64,000 nucleotides of DNA from Bugula neritina. Taxonomy: Eukaryota; Animalia; Bryozoa. The translations under genes and the position numbers were made by a program. Numbering within the stretch: the first letter of the stretch is position 1; every line of letters starts with the position of its first letter. The notes beneath the pieces are model-generated. The model was not told the DNA's origin, did not search any database, and was given only the letters and a program-made list of their open reading frames with translations. Shown here in pieces: positions 1 to 15,310 of the stretch. The stretch is taken from positions 7,224,741 through 7,288,740 of the forward strand of contig OZ037768.1 in NCBI GenBank assembly GCA_964035545.1, read 5' to 3'.

Positions 1-488
1 TAAACAAGTTGAATGATGTCAATATTCTTCTTTCAATGCTGCTTGCTGAATTGTGATCGAAAAACTATATTAAGAGCAGCAACATTCCAGAATAAATTCT
101 GCTAAACTTTCTTCAGTATATTGAAGATAATTTTCTTTCTAGTATTTGCATATTTTCAAAAAAATTGAGATTCACCGGGTCTGCCAAACACTAGTAGGGT
201 AAAACTGTCTCGTAATATATTATGTATGGCTAAATGATAAGCTATTGGCACTTTCTTTCAGAAATTTTGTCTTCCCATATAATAAAATGAATTTTCACAG
301 TGTACATAACACGATAGTACTTAGATTAAGTTACTCTCAGATATCTTAATTACACAAAGAGTGTTGAATGGCGAGAAGTCTTTATACATTTAGCCTTATT
401 TTTTAGGAATTTTGCCCAAATCTTTAATTATAAAATCAGGTTTATTAGCTACATTAGCAGTTAAAATAGTCATATTTCCAATACATAC

Positions 489-3400
489 AATAGATGGCCT
501 GCAGTTTTCAATGATATCTTCATAGAAAGGATGACACCCCTGTCGAGTAAAGCCTGCATTCCCGTCATCTAGATCACTGCTTCTTCCACTTAGCATAGAA
601 ACAGTCTTGTCTATCCATTTCATATCTCCTATGTTAGAGAGTAGGTTCTTAGTGTGCTTAGTGGTAAGGGCTCCTACAGCACCACCCGCACTGAAAATAC
701 TTTGTTTCCAGTCACTCTGCAAATATAAAAACATATCCAGTACGCACTAGAGTGGGTGGGTTCACTGGAAACCAATCACCAAGCAATCACCCTTAACATT
801 TTATAATTCTATAATATATCAATAATAGGTTTATATTCCCCACAACCTTCTGCTAGTTTAAATTAGATAACACAACACTAGATATTAACACAAAGTTAAT
901 GAGCAGCTAAATATTAAAATAATTGAAAAAGATAGTTACGTAATTGAAGAGTATTGCATGAAATAGCAGCTACCAGGTAAAACGAATAAACTTACTTCAG
1001 CATACATGTATTTTTAGACTACAGACATGTATGGAACAGTTCTGTGTTTTTAAGTGACCAGTTGCTTGCAGTTTCTACTTGACCAGCTCATACTCTTAAC
1101 CCCTAATCAAAACTCCAATATTTACCTTCTTGGTAGAAAATTAAAATTTCACTGGAGAAGTCTAAAATAGTCATGGTCCTTGATTCCTACTGACCAGAAG
1201 TGCTGCGTAACAGCTGATAACTTAGCCAATCACCACGATGTATATTTTACAGTTAAGCAGGTAAATACTAACACCAACTCGCTTACCGAACCAGCATCTT
1301 GCTGGTCATCTTTAGGACTGTCACCACTAGACAAAAATGAACTCTTCTTGATTCGGTCAAGTAGAATCTTATTTTTCAAAGACATTCTCTGAGCCAGCAC
1401 CTCCTCTAGCATGTCATCTGAACAGTGTATCAATGTGTATGACAGTAGAGACAACCTGCAACACGTGTCAACAGTCAGAATATAACATACTAAGTATATT
1501 ACAAAACCTCAACAAATCAGACTAACAATACAAATAGGTTTTAATCCATCATTAACTTAGGGTTTCATGCAGCCTAACAATGACATCACTTATAATTAGA
1601 TTAGCCAGAGAGCAGATGGGTATTAGGAACTTAGTAAAGCATTTTGGACGTTGTGCGCCTGATATGGTCACTTCAACTCATCATAAGTTGTAGAACTATT
1701 GGGTTAGAAAATATGTGTAGCTCCGCTTTACAGTTAGAAAGAGAAAATCTTGCACAAATATTGTAACAAATGTAGTAATGCATTATAATAATTCACCACT
1801 ATACAATAAACAACACACAACACAATATACCACACAATATGCAATACACAGTATACAATACACAGTACGCAATACACAACACAACATACAGAAAGCAAAG
1901 CAACATACAGAAAGCGGAACTATGGTATGAATACAGTTACCTGGCATCAAGATCATTAAAGGCGGAGACAGAAGCAAGCTGGTAGCACTCTGGCCAGATA
2001 TCAGGGTAATCCTTCTCCATCAGAGTCTTGCAGAACTTGTAGGCAAATTTACTGTCTTCACACCCAAGAGCTTTCTGCACAATTAGCTTCAGGGCAGAAC
2101 ACTCACCAACTTTCAATCCATCAGCTAACTTCAACAACTGTCATACAGAATATTATAATTGTTTGCTACACAAATAGCTTTTCAATAAACTGCTGAACTT
2201 GGATATAAAAAGATATGTTTGCTACACAAAACACACAAATAGATTTTTCACAAAACTCTTGCATTTGATTCAAAGTCAATGCACAATTCCACATAAACTT
2301 AACCTAGTCCAAGGCTGATAGGACTCTACCTTTGGGTACTGTTTATAGGAGGTACCGCTGCTCTCCATGGCTTGTTCTAATAATAGCAGTCTGTTGTCAC
2401 ACAGGCGCACTGCAACACAGTATACGAGTTGTGTTGTGAGCCTCAAAGTGTTCTTATGATAGAGTATCAACGTATTTGTTTTAATGAAAATACTATGTAA
2501 TAAAATTTATGTAATGTGAATAAAATATATGGGTGATTTTAAAATAAAATAAACATTGTGGGATGAAAATGCAGCGTCTTTACCAGAGGAAAAAAAGGCT
2601 TCATGGTATATTTAGATATTTGATTATACTGTATACAGCCACCTATATTGTGTTAATTAATCTTGTGCTAATTAGTTTCCGAGTGCAAAGAACTTTAACG
2701 TACAATTGAGTTAGGTATAGAATATTACAATAATATTATTGGTCAAATTTTTACTGGATACAAAAATTACCTTAAAACTAATAAAACATGAACATATGAT
2801 ATTGGGTTGTTACAATCACCTTTGAGGGGAAGTAATATAACTTTAAAATCTTGAAGTAAAGGTAGGACAGCTATTAGGTCAAGTTCTTCTTTGATTTTCT
2901 CGTGTGGATTTGGGAACAATTTCAGACAGGTTTCCGCTAGCCTCATGTTCTGGTCATCATGAGAGCCCGACGAATTGAAATACTCCTTGGCAGCTCTCAC
3001 CACAACATCTAAAACATATCCGATACATTTGACACTTTGCCTCCACCAGCTTTACTATTGGTGAATAAATGGGCACCTCATATTCTTTTCTAATTTTTAT
3101 CAAAATTTTCTGATGAATAAATAAAGCAAACATCAATATTGCAATGGCTCAAGAAAAGCACATGCAGATACTGCAATCTTCTGAATAACGAGGAACAATT
3201 AATCTCTTCACATGATTTGATGTTAGCTAGTAATAGTAAGCCTACCAACAGCCTGTTCATAAGGAATGAGAGAGTCAAGCATAGAGCTGAGAGAGGAAGA
3301 TGACATAGACATGGAGTTGCCCCCTTCTGGCTCTGTCTCTATGTAGCTCAGTGATAGCTGTATGCTCTCTAATTTCCCAGAACACAGAAGGCTCTCGACA

Positions 3401-6400
3401 AATATCTACATATTACAGGGTTACAGAGGTATGAGCTAGGACTGAGTTACAAGAGTCATGAAATTTAAACAATGTCATTTTATAGAGCTTATCAACTTTC
3501 AAAGTGTGAATATATATGTATAATACACAAGGATGAAAATACGGAAGCACTGTATGCGATAAGTCACGTGTATTGTAGTTAGGATTTTTCTATTCTTTAT
3601 TTTAGTTAGCAAACCATTTAATATTTTGTTGGTGAGTTGAGTTATTTTACAAATCTTACGTATTAAATCAGCAGACATACCTCACAACATACAAACTTGT
3701 CAATGCACCGGTACACTTTATTCTGTAGGACCGCCATATCACTTTGAAGTTGTGTCCACTCAGCTGTGGTGAGACTGGGTGTTCGATTGTTAGCTCTGCG
3801 AGTTAGCTTCTTCATCAACAGCGTGGCAGACTCAACGTCATTCTGTGTCGGATAAGAAGTCAACTGAGTACACACTGAATGCTTCAGTAATGGTCATATT
3901 TGATAAAACACTAGCAACACAGGTACTAGAATACGTGACATGTCAGCATAAAGCATGTAGCCTTTGTTTGATTGTTTTTGTTTGCTACCTGTGAATTTTT
4001 CAAAGCTGTCACAGTCATGTTGATTCCATATACTTCCAAAATCTCTGCAGCACTATAATATAGAAATATAATAAATCGCGTAAAAGGCAAACTGAAATTA
4101 GTTTACAGAGTAATCATAACCTGTACACCAGAAGTTTGCCGAGCACAGAGAACATATTATCATAGCATAACGTACCTGATCAAATTCTCTAACTCATCAA
4201 CCTCGTTGTGTAATTTGATGAGGTGTCTGTCCATGTCCCTGAAGAGACAACAAAATAGAATAACATGAAGATGAAATTAAGATGACAATGAGTGGAGAAA
4301 CAAACTCTACAATAAAACATTTTAAACAAAAAAAAAACTGTTAGTGCTAGAGCAAAGTGAAATATTTCAAGCAGAATTCGACCTTTATGCAAGTAACTAA
4401 CCCAGATTTCCGATGAGGGAGACACTCGAGTATGCTGAGGACGTAACTGAGCTGATCATCTCTCTCACAAGCGTAGATGCAGTCAATAGCAGCTTGCAGC
4501 AGCAAATCTTCTGTGTGCAGCATTTTATTATCAGACTAATAATTGAAAAATACGTTGTTTCAATGAGGCAATATATTGAAAAAAAACTTTTCATTTACAT
4601 AAAAAATGAGTTTCAATATGCCTGCTTTTATTAGATTTTAATCAACTTGAACAGATTTACAAATTCAGCAGCTTCTAAAGGTATTAGAAAGTTAAAAAGC
4701 TACTCAACTACTTAAATAATAGAACAATATGATCTACATTTTTAGACAGTATTACTTCTCCGCAGATTAATCATAGAAAAGTTTAACAGTGCACAACTGT
4801 AGCCTAATTCAGCAAATAACCAACATATGTTGAATGTCAGAATGTTTGAAAAGTAAAACAGAGTTTTCAGAATTAAAGAGGGGAGAGCAAAGACAGCCAC
4901 ATCACATGGAATTTCACTGGAGTTTAAGTTACAAGCCTCACTTTGAGTTTACACATGATTCTTTTACTGCATTATAACTTCAGCTTAAGTTTTTATACAA
5001 AAGTAATAGGCAAATTGATTTATTAGTGATCTGATGCAATGCAATGAAGTTTTTTAGTTAAGTTCAATTATGATGATAACATCGACTCGGCATATTTGGA
5101 GGTTAGATTGGTGTAAATATTGAAAGCAAAATTCTTTGCCAACTGCTCTCTATTACGATGCAGCAGTTTCAATTAGTTTAAATTTTCAACTTTTATACAT
5201 TCACAGGTAATTTAAATATTATTATAGATATCACATGTTGATAACTATACTGCAGAATTGAATTAGGAGTTGTGTACACAAACCGGTTGGTTAGCCTTTG
5301 AGCACTCAAACACTTTGAAGACGAGCTGCAGATCCTCAACAGCTGTATCAACCAGGTACTGACAGACTAGCTCGTTGTATGCTCCAGCCCTCACATTCTC
5401 ACACCTGTTCAAGAAAGGCTTCATCCACTTCTGTATGTGCAGAGCATATTTATCAGCCGTAGACTGAAAAAACACATGAAACACAATAATAGCAATGACT
5501 AGTTTTATATAATAACTAATTGAACTCCCACTTCCGTATTTGCATAGTTTGAAATAAAAAGTGAATAGAAAGACACCGAACTTTACAAAATTTCAACTGA
5601 TGATGCATCGGTTAAATAAGCTTTTACAATATATGTTGAAACACAATACTCCTACTATCATAAACCTCTTCCAGTACCTTCATCATAATAGTTTTGAGTC
5701 GGCTCAGATCATCCATTTGCTGCAGTTTTTCAAACAACAGACTGTCACCATAGTTACAATCATAAACGATCATTTCCATTACTGACAGATCATCATAGAG
5801 ACCGTCTAAGCCCTGTAATGGAAAATTGGTTGGCTTAATTTTCGTAAGTAAAAATTATACAAAAGCACAGCTCGCATATACCATGTTGCAAATTGAAATC
5901 CACAAAAAAACCAGAATGAAGTAAATGGTGAACCTGAATGACCATGACAATCATCTCCATATTTTGTTACTGCCTATCAGCACAGAACAAAAAGAAGAAG
6001 CTGTGATTTATGAGCAAGAGCACTGGCTAATTAGTAAGCCTAAGGTCAGTTGTTTGATTCTCAGTAAAAGCCATTAGTGATGTTAGGAAAAGCATTCAGC
6101 CATAATTGCTCGCTTGCCACAATAGACAACAAGTCCTAAGTTCGCCTAATAAATGCTTCCATCAGGTGTTCTCACGGGAATGACAACTATAAACCCACCT
6201 GAATTTGTTTAATAGCACAGAAAAAATTATAAATCAGCATCATGTTAGAAAATTTTATGATTGAAACTTACCTCAACACCATTTTCCATCCCAATTTCAA
6301 CAAACTGCAGAGCATGATCTACGAGTCTGGAGTTACTCTCTATATCACATGCTCTGGCACTGTACCACTGACTCAGTAGTGCTGGGGTTAGCATCTGGTC

Positions 6401-9400
6401 TCGAAATGGTTTCAACATATTACTCTGATCGTACAGGAAGTCTGCTGCTCGCTCATCGGCTTGGTAAAACCACTTCCTGAATGAGAGACATGAAGAAATC
6501 TAGCAATGCGTCTCAAAGCTTAAATTGACACTAGAAACTAAGTAATAAGATAGAGAAACGTTTAGTTAGACACTAGAAAGTAGGTAATAAGATATACAAA
6601 GTAACCAACAATACCTGTATTGCTCAATTTCACACCAGTCTGCTTCTCTCAGACTATCCTGACAGTACTCCACAACATCACCATCTTTCACAGCAGGTAA
6701 CAACACCTGGTACTCTAATGGAGAGAGAGTTTCTGGCACATTGCTCAGCACAGCCAGTCTGTAAACCAGAAGAGTATACAAAAACAACTAATATTCTTGT
6801 TAGAAGCACTTCATAGAGGATACAAAATATAGTTCTATGCCAAGTATTTACAAAATATAACTCAATTTTAGTAATAGGGCCATTTTACTTTATTTAGTAC
6901 ACATTAGCAAATTAGGACCAAAAATTAAAGTTTGATCAAGCTTCATGAAAATCTACTATATGAGGTAATTTTAAGTGCTGATTCTAACCGTGCATAGCAA
7001 AAAAAACTGTAGTAATATCGGAAAAATTTGTACTTATAGCAAAAGTGAAGAGGAAAGCGTTGCAACATTATATATAGCCTACTTACACATAAAGAAACCA
7101 ACCTGTGAGGTAGGGTCTGCTCTCCCAGATATATAAACATGATGTCTACGGCCTTCCAATCTCCATCCTGATAAAGGCAATAAAATAATATAATAATGTA
7201 AGAAACAGGGTAAAGTTCTGCAGCTGAATTGTCAATTCCAGCTAGAAAACACATGGTGCACTACATTATATAATTAAGGTTATTATACCCTTGCATAGTC
7301 GGTGATGGCTTCCACCACATTCTTTCCTCTAAATTGTTGAAAAAACTTAGCATCGAAGTGTTCTTCTGCATGTCTTCCACCTCCCAATATCTCCTACAAT
7401 AATACAACTGTGAATGCGACATATTTCACTACATACAGCTTACACCGCACAGCTTACACCGCACAGCTTACACCGCACAGCTTACACCGCACAGCTTACA
7501 CCGCACAGCTTACACCGCACAGCTTACACCGCACAGCTTACACCGCACAGCTTACACCGCACAGCTTACACCGCACAGCTTACACCGCACAGCTTACACC
7601 GCACAGCTTACACCGCACAGCAAAAATTAAAACGTACAGCCCTTCAGCCATACATGCTTACTGCTAAACCTGTCAAGTAAGAGACACTTTCTAAACGCAT
7701 ACATTACTAGAAGGACTTTGAAATGCGGTATTGATCAGACAACTAAGAAAACCTTTTGGCAGTATTAAATGAACCAGTGGTTGATATTTAAGATAATAAT
7801 AAATTATAAAATTGTCAGTGGATGAGCACTAAAATGAAAAACCAATATTTTATAATGCGATCTGGAAATAGAAAGGCTTTGTTTGGTATTTAAAATAAAA
7901 CTTGTTCAAAGTACAGTCATTACCTTTCATGTACTAGTATTTTAAAATAAGAAAAACTCTGAGCTACTAACGATTAAGGTACGTAACCATTACCTCATAG
8001 GTAGACAGCCGGTCCAAGAAAGTCAACAACTTCAGTCTAACCCGGCACAAATCTTTCTGTTCCAGAGTGAGGCTAAAAAACAACAATAAAGAACCAAACC
8101 GCTTTGCAGTAGAAGCAGGTGGCTAATATTTTCTAACTCCAGAGTCGAACAACTCCAGAAGGTATAGCAAAGGCCATGCTGCCAGTGTATAACCACATTA
8201 AGGCATCAAAATAAATCCAGACTGTCTCGAGGTGAGCTCACCAGAAAGAGGTGCTGTTATTAATTTACTACTTGCCAGTGATAGAACTGAGAACATAGCA
8301 TAGCTCGTGTTTACCATAAAAAATTAGCTGAAAATACACACGAACAATAACTTGCTCCGCATAAATCTAGTTAGACCACTTATAGGTAGAGTTAATAATG
8401 GCAGAAGTGTTTAAGTTGTTAGTACATACTTTTCAAAGTCAACTTGAGAGAGCAGATCTTCTCTGTACTTCTTCCTGATCTTCTCGAGCTCATCCGCAGA
8501 GTCCTGGTCATATTCATCAAATGATTCTTCTAGCTGTATTTCCTTACTAACGATAAACCTGTAGCACAAAACTTAATGTAAGTACAACACAAACCTGTAA
8601 TTTATGAATGTCCACATACCTTAATGTAAATACTATAGTATAGTAGCCATACAGTCCACATTAATGGCCAAACACTCACTTGCATTTTTGTAAATTGTAA
8701 ATGTAAATACTATGATGTCCGCAATGATATTAGAACAAAGTTCTTAACTAAATATTCACCTGTATTAAACTGAAAGATTTTGCCATTAAAACTATACCAT
8801 ACTATCCACCCAGAATTTTCCTATATTAAATTTCAGCTTTATTATGGGAAATCTCGCTACTTAAACATACCTTCCTTTGTCACGGCCTTGACCTATTTTA
8901 ATTAGAGCTTCAAGGTCGGTGCCTCTCAGCCCATACTCTAGCAGTTCTCTCATAGCATCTATGTCCTTTGGAACTCTTTCCGTACATTCGTGAAGCACCC
9001 ATGCACGTTTCTTTATTTTGCTCTAAAAAGCATAGCAAGCAAAATTGAACTCTGCCCTAAAAAATTTCTATTTTAAATTTGTATAAGTTTCCTAATGGTT
9101 TATTATATATATATATAAATATACTGACCAAGTAGTCATGTATTGTAGCCAAAGTGACTTCACTTTTCCTCCACTGTCTCTGATATACTAAATCAGCATC
9201 TAAATGATAGAGTTTGGCTAGAACCAACGCTTCACCATACTCTTCATTATCAATCTACATAAAAAGCAGGTGCATCAATGCTTACAGCTGCACACTTACA
9301 CATGTCCTTTATAACTATTGTGTTTCAAGAAAAGTGCAAATAACTTCAGTTGACATTACAGAAACCTGGTTACCTTTCTAGCAAAAAGTTCTTCAGGTGT

Positions 9401-11200
9401 TGTAGACTTTAATGATACCAGTCTGTATGTTTTCTTAATGAATCTGAAAAATAATTAGTTAGCAATTGTCTCATTAATAGGATAAAGTGTCTACCAGCAA
9501 GGATACAAATCTACGACCAACTGATAAAAAAATATTGATAATGTTTTCTTATCAAGCTGCTTTTCTCAGAAAACCAAATGTGAAGTTGGTGCTACTAAAG
9601 ATTTTTCATGCCATGTTTTTTAAATTCATGCACGCATTCAAAGCCATCAAATAAATGCTTTAATATTCTGAAAACCTGTGTAAATTAGGAGCTTTGTACA
9701 TTTTTCAATTAAAAATTATCACTTTGCTATTTAAAACTTTTTAATAACAATTCAAATGTTATAAACTATGACAAACATAGACATGAAGTCACACATTGAA
9801 CTAATGATACAAACTACATATGCCAGCAAATTAAAATTACTTCTTTATTACTAAAATGATTCTATTCTATCAAGTTCAACACCAAGTTAAGCTATAAATT
9901 TCAACCTTGAAACAGCTATACAACAAGAATTGAATAATCCAACAATTACTTGGATTTCTTTTTAGGAGGTTGAAACTTGTCCATGTCAGTTATGTAATAG
10001 AGAGTATCTCTCATGGCTCGCGTTGTCTTCTTTACCAAAGAGCTTGACTCACTCTCATCATCACTGTCAGAGTCATCCTCCCCTGAGTGGATAGTTTCAC
10101 TAGAGGTACGTTTTCTAGCCCCACTTATCACGCGACTCTCACACTAAACACAATATCAGAAATTGGAGCCTGATTACATCAAATAACAGGCAACATATAA
10201 TGAGTACAGCACAGCAATTAAAATGTAAATTTGAAAAGCTGTTGTAGGGTTAAGATTTATTCCCTTGCTTTGCCAATTTTATCTTTCACTTGCGTTTTTA
10301 AACTGAACAAGTAACTTCAATGATTTTAGTACATTTTTCATCATTAAACTTGATTTACTGATATTTGCACCTCAACATAAAAATAGCACAATGAGAATTG
10401 TAGTCATCAAAACATCTACTTCTAAAATTAATTTTACAAATTTAAATTCTCAAGCAATAGCTTTTATTAAAACTTGCCAGCAGAGTTCCACAACACTGAT
10501 AAACACTCTTTACACAAATCCAAGAATTCACACCAATTCTAACTCTAAAGTTATATCACTACCTCTAGAGAGAGAAAACCTCCTTCGTGTGCTTGCTGGA
10601 TTTGTGGTAACACCTCAAACCATTCAGGTGACTGACCCAGTAGATTAGATAAACTTTCAATATCTGCTACAAGCACCGCACCAGAATATCGGGCTAAAAT
10701 AATCTCCTGAAAATAGAGAAAATGGCTACGCATATACCTGTAAGGAAAATGATTGAGCTATGAATACTTTTATTAGAAAATTTTGACAACGCAACTCGAA
10801 AAATTACTAAGTCAAAGACTTTACTGTTGACTAAAAAAACCAAAACAAAAGTATGGTTACTTTGTGTTTAAAAATAGTAAATTAATGAAATTTTTCAAAC
10901 AAAATATAAATACCTTGTCTGACCACCACGCTACATCCAGCAGATGGTAATAGTACGGCGTCTCCTTCAGATACTTTGTCTTTTTGGAGTTGTGTTCCAG
11001 TGACGGACTCATTTGGTTGGAGCAAGGCTGAGAGTCAAGACTCCAGCTACTGACTAGGTTGAGAGAAGGCACCTGATATAGACAGAGCTTACTCTCTGTA
11101 GACAGTGTCAACAGGTGTCTGCCATCCGGCGATAGACAGGACTTAAAGACCAGCTCCTGAAATACACATGCATATGTATATGTGCACCGCCTGCTTCTCA

Positions 11201-11265
<65 letters not shown>

Positions 11266-14200
11266 AATATAAAACTGAAAATAACACTTTCACTGAGGTT
11301 TATTAAATAACACAATAAAGTAAGATCTCCGTAATTATTTGCAATTTGAAATATTAGTTCCATATTGGCAATAGAAATGGCTGAACATTTATGTATATGC
11401 ACATTTGAAGGTGGTGAAAAAGCATTAAGTAACAAAAAAAAACTACTCAAATGTACAAATGTATAAATTATTCTGTTCAGAAGAAGATGCTTTTGGGTTA
11501 GGCGACAATAGTTACCTGCATTCCATCTCCATAAATCGCACCATGTATAGCCGACCGAAATTTTCTAAGGAACCCTCTACCACCACTCTGTGAAGAGGTA
11601 AATCACAATTGTAAAAAAACATTTGATGATAATTATTAAAAATTTCCATTTTGGTAACAATATGTTTAGCAGAAACAGTAGCAGTGATTGTTCAATTGAG
11701 TTATTAGGCATGTAATTTAAATACCAAACTGTCCTACAATGATTGATACTTTCTTTATAAACTAAAAAAATATTGTAGTTACAACAAATTTCTTCTATAC
11801 CAAATTACAGGAGGAAACAAATATAATTTTTAACATTTCTCAACTGCCACTGTACTCACAGCAATGAGCTGCTCATAATCAGTGACCAGTTTATAGTAAG
11901 GTGTTCCCGACAGCACTCTCCAGACAGTCAGCCCTTCCAGACCAGCCTTAGTCTCGGAGAACTCGGTACTGGGGCTAGCTAGACCAGTGATGATGAGTAC
12001 AGAGTGTTGAGCACTGAATACAGCCGAGCTCACACCTCGGGGGTAGAGATGACTAAACAGGAACTTGTGCTCTAGTGTATAATAACTTTCTCCTGTACTG
12101 TAACAACCCAATGTTGTGCTGTTTATAAGACATATTTAAAAAGTGTACTGCTTAAAGAAGGACATATAAGAAACCCTAAAAACAATAATTGGTAATTGTC
12201 AAAATGCATTTAAAATGGATGAACAGCGAGTAGTTGGATTTAATAAATGACTAAAATATATTATAACAGATGATGGGAGGCGAATAGTTGAGTCCATAAT
12301 TTTAGCAAGTCAATTTGAGTGTTTCAAGACTTAAATCAAAATGACTTGGGTCCGGCTCTGATGACTAGACTGCACATTAAATATAATTTTTATCACAATA
12401 AAAAGCGTTTACAAGAATAAAATACATGCATATATTAGAGAGGTGCCCGGCTATTTTTCTTTGTATAAGTAAATAAACTTACTTCAGTAAATAACTATTT
12501 AGCAATCCTTGGTGGTTAAGGAGTATCAATTTCAAGTCCCTGCGAAGAGAAGACAATAAAAGCATTTAGTATATATTCATGATACAGAGACACTTAGACA
12601 GGGTAAAGCAACTACAGCAGTGGATATAGAAATGATGCATTGCATTAAATCTATGTCAGCATACTAGTTGCATTATGTAAACAGACCATTTATTTTCTAA
12701 ATCTTTGGGAGGTTCCAGAAAGATTATGGCAGCAATTGCAAAACTCAGATCTGTTCCGGCAGAAGCATTCTCAGGCTGCAAGAACAAGAACAGCTACACT
12801 GAATGGCAATCAGCCATCACATGAGTTGAAAGCATAGAATTCATGTATTTGCTTAGACATAAGAACTGTTGGCAGAACGTACCGTATTGAGGGTAAAGAA
12901 TTCACCACACAAAATATCATACAGAGTCACAAAGCCGGTACTGGAGGAAACAGCCAACACTTGGCTATCATCACTCCACGCCATCCGTCTCCACTGTGGA
13001 TTACCATCTTCCCAGACCCTTGTCCTACCAACTACTGACCCATAACTGTAGGAAATCAATAAAACTCACATCAATACACATTGGAGTGTCAGAGAAACCT
13101 AGTTAGCTGCATATGACGGTAACATAGCCTATTTATGTGGCTTGTATGTGATGAGTTACATGTTTGAATAATATAGAAGTCTGAGGCTTTATTCTTAATT
13201 TTTGATGTTCATTATACTTATAATAGAATTTTAAATTAAGAATAAAGTAAAATTATAGCATCTCTAAGATATTAGACATATGCAGATCAGCTTACTTGTC
13301 TTTCTTAAAACGAATCTCTAGGTGAGTGTCTTGTAATACAGCCAAATACTCTCCATCCGCACTCAAACATAGGCTCCATGTATGTCTCAGATTAACTAAC
13401 TTTACTAAGTTGACAGGCAGATTGCATGGACTAGTGGCACTAGAAACATGAACACTTGTGTGAATTTTAGCATGATGTACATTCATGATAAAACAGTTTT
13501 CAATCACATTCATTTTGATCATCGAATAGTTTTACAAATTATAATAAAGTTTCTTATCTGGCCATTTTTATGGCGGTCACTAGAGTAATACACTCAATTA
13601 CATATATCCAATAATTTGTTAAAAACAGTTCATACCTGTGAGGAATGCCCACACTTCTAAGGAAAGTCCAAACTGACCCTGCAATAACAAACAGGACAAT
13701 GCATCTTGTACATAACAACATCTATTGCATCCAACTAACACTGATAATTCCTATTTAACAAATGTTAGATTACATAATAACTGAATAATGTTTTAACAAA
13801 ATTAATATGATTAGTTCATTTGAAAACTATAAGCTTGATTGTTCACATAAATACACAAAACTTCCAGCATCAATCATTATTTTATCTTTGTGTCCTATTT
13901 TGCAAATTAAAGCACTTGTAAATACAAACAGTATAAAGAGAAGAAAAGTAGGTTCAACATTAATTATTTCTAAATATCATATTACTATAGGATACATACG
14001 GTGTGCAGCAGAAACTAACTTCCCAGCAAATCCAGAGGCAGTTTTTTCTTTAACTGGACGATTCTAAAATTAAAAAAAGTAAAGTTATTCAAAGATTAGG
14101 TACCATTTAAATAAAACTTTTGAAAATTAAACTAGTAGTTTTCACAATTAAACTCATACTGATATCTTTTGTCAAATACAAATATGCAAACAAAATTTCA

Positions 14201-15310
14201 ACTCGTATTTTTTTCAAACATATTCAGATATTTAATAAAATATTAACATACAACTAAATATACAAAAAAAACTTTAATGACCGAAAAAAATGTACTCGTC
14301 TTCTACTAGTACAATAAAAATGGTGTCCTAGTAACTAATACTTGCTAACTTGATTGCTATTACAGCTATTACATAGTATTGGTACTTACAAATACATATT
14401 CTATGATATACAGTGATATTAATATATCTATTACAGGTTAGGCAAATAGCCTTTACCCTTAAGCGTAGCCCAAAAAATAGTCATTTCTACCTACAGCTTT
14501 ACCTTATGCTTAGTCTCTAGTTGCACAAAATCACAGTCACAGTGCAGGTGACAAAGTGCAATTTTCATTTCGACATAGAATTTTAGTTGGTATCTGTGAC
14601 TTTCATTTTCTACTTACAGCTTGAATTTTCACTTAGTCACCACTCACGATTTGAATGATACTTATACTTATAGCTACTTGCACAGAGTCAACGCCCAACT
14701 CAAAACCAAATTTACAGTAAATCATTATCATTTATTTTAACAATAACAGCTATTGCCTATTGCAGTATTGGCATTGCCATTTACTAAGCAATATTATATT
14801 ATAATAAATTTAAAATAAAAATGGTTGTGATACTGATTGGGACTCTGCTGAGTAAGTCAATAAATTGGGAGTCAGACTCAGAGAAAATCTGAAATTCAAA
14901 TTAAAATTCATGTTGATTTCCATTTTAATTTTAATTTTTACTTCAACTTTCCCTTTGACGTTGTCTTTTAACTTTACTTGCAGAAAAAAAATCAGTAATT
15001 GAGTCTACGACTACAAGTAGTGAAGTACATGTAACTCAAACTGAAACTCAAACTGTAAGTCACTTACAGTTTCAGTTTGAGTTTCAGTTACTAAGAGTAA
15101 GTGTAAGCCTAATCTAAAGGCTAATGCATTCGAGAAATTATTGAATGAATAAACCACATTTCTACTTACTGCATTTTCAACATCTTGACTCCAATCAGTA
15201 AATATATTTAAATCATAAAGAATATTGGCTGGGGTAGCAGAGTTGCCTATACCTAATGAAACATCTGAAGATTCATTTCTTCTGGACACAGCCTTCCTTT
15301 TGGTGGCCAT
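489..15310 (-). CDS. NBAS: Neuroblastoma-amplified sequence (NBAS/Sec39-domain NRZ tethering subunit), multi-exon; 3' part lies beyond the left edge of the window
   Basis: About 28 phase-compatible GT-AG exons from ATG 15310 (MATKRK...). They include QWRRMAWSDDSQVLA (12882-13046), LLDVAWWSDK, NLLGQSPEWFE, LKSTTPEELFARKIDNEEYGEALVLAKLYHLDADLVYQRQWRKS (9129-9443), WVLHECTERVP, FLDRLSTYE, LAVLSNVPETLSP, IDCIYACERDDQL, VRAAKEYFNSS and QGCHPFYE (last visible exon, 489-716). These match remembered NBAS motifs. Confidence 0.95.
7435..7621. repeat. Intronic minisatellite, 14-bp unit ACAGCTTACACCGC, ~13 near-perfect copies
   Basis: Directly visible tandem array in an NBAS intron; it explains the spurious repetitive ORFs at 7410/7414. 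Confidence 0.97.
11207..11261. repeat. (AT)n microsatellite, ~27 units
   Basis: Directly visible; lies in an NBAS intron ~50 nt upstream of the acceptor at 11157. Confidence 0.97.

Noticed and set aside
1230-1290. Apparent premature stop in NBAS (ORF 1230-1454)
   Set aside because: A TCG|GTAAGC donor at ~1286 splices in phase 0 to the exon starting at 716, bypassing the stop.
7410-7680. Repetitive ORFs (TAYTAQLTPHSLHR) and CRISPR-like regularity
   Set aside because: Pure 14-bp tandem array with no unique spacers, inside an NBAS intron; the ORFs are a by-product of a stop-free unit.
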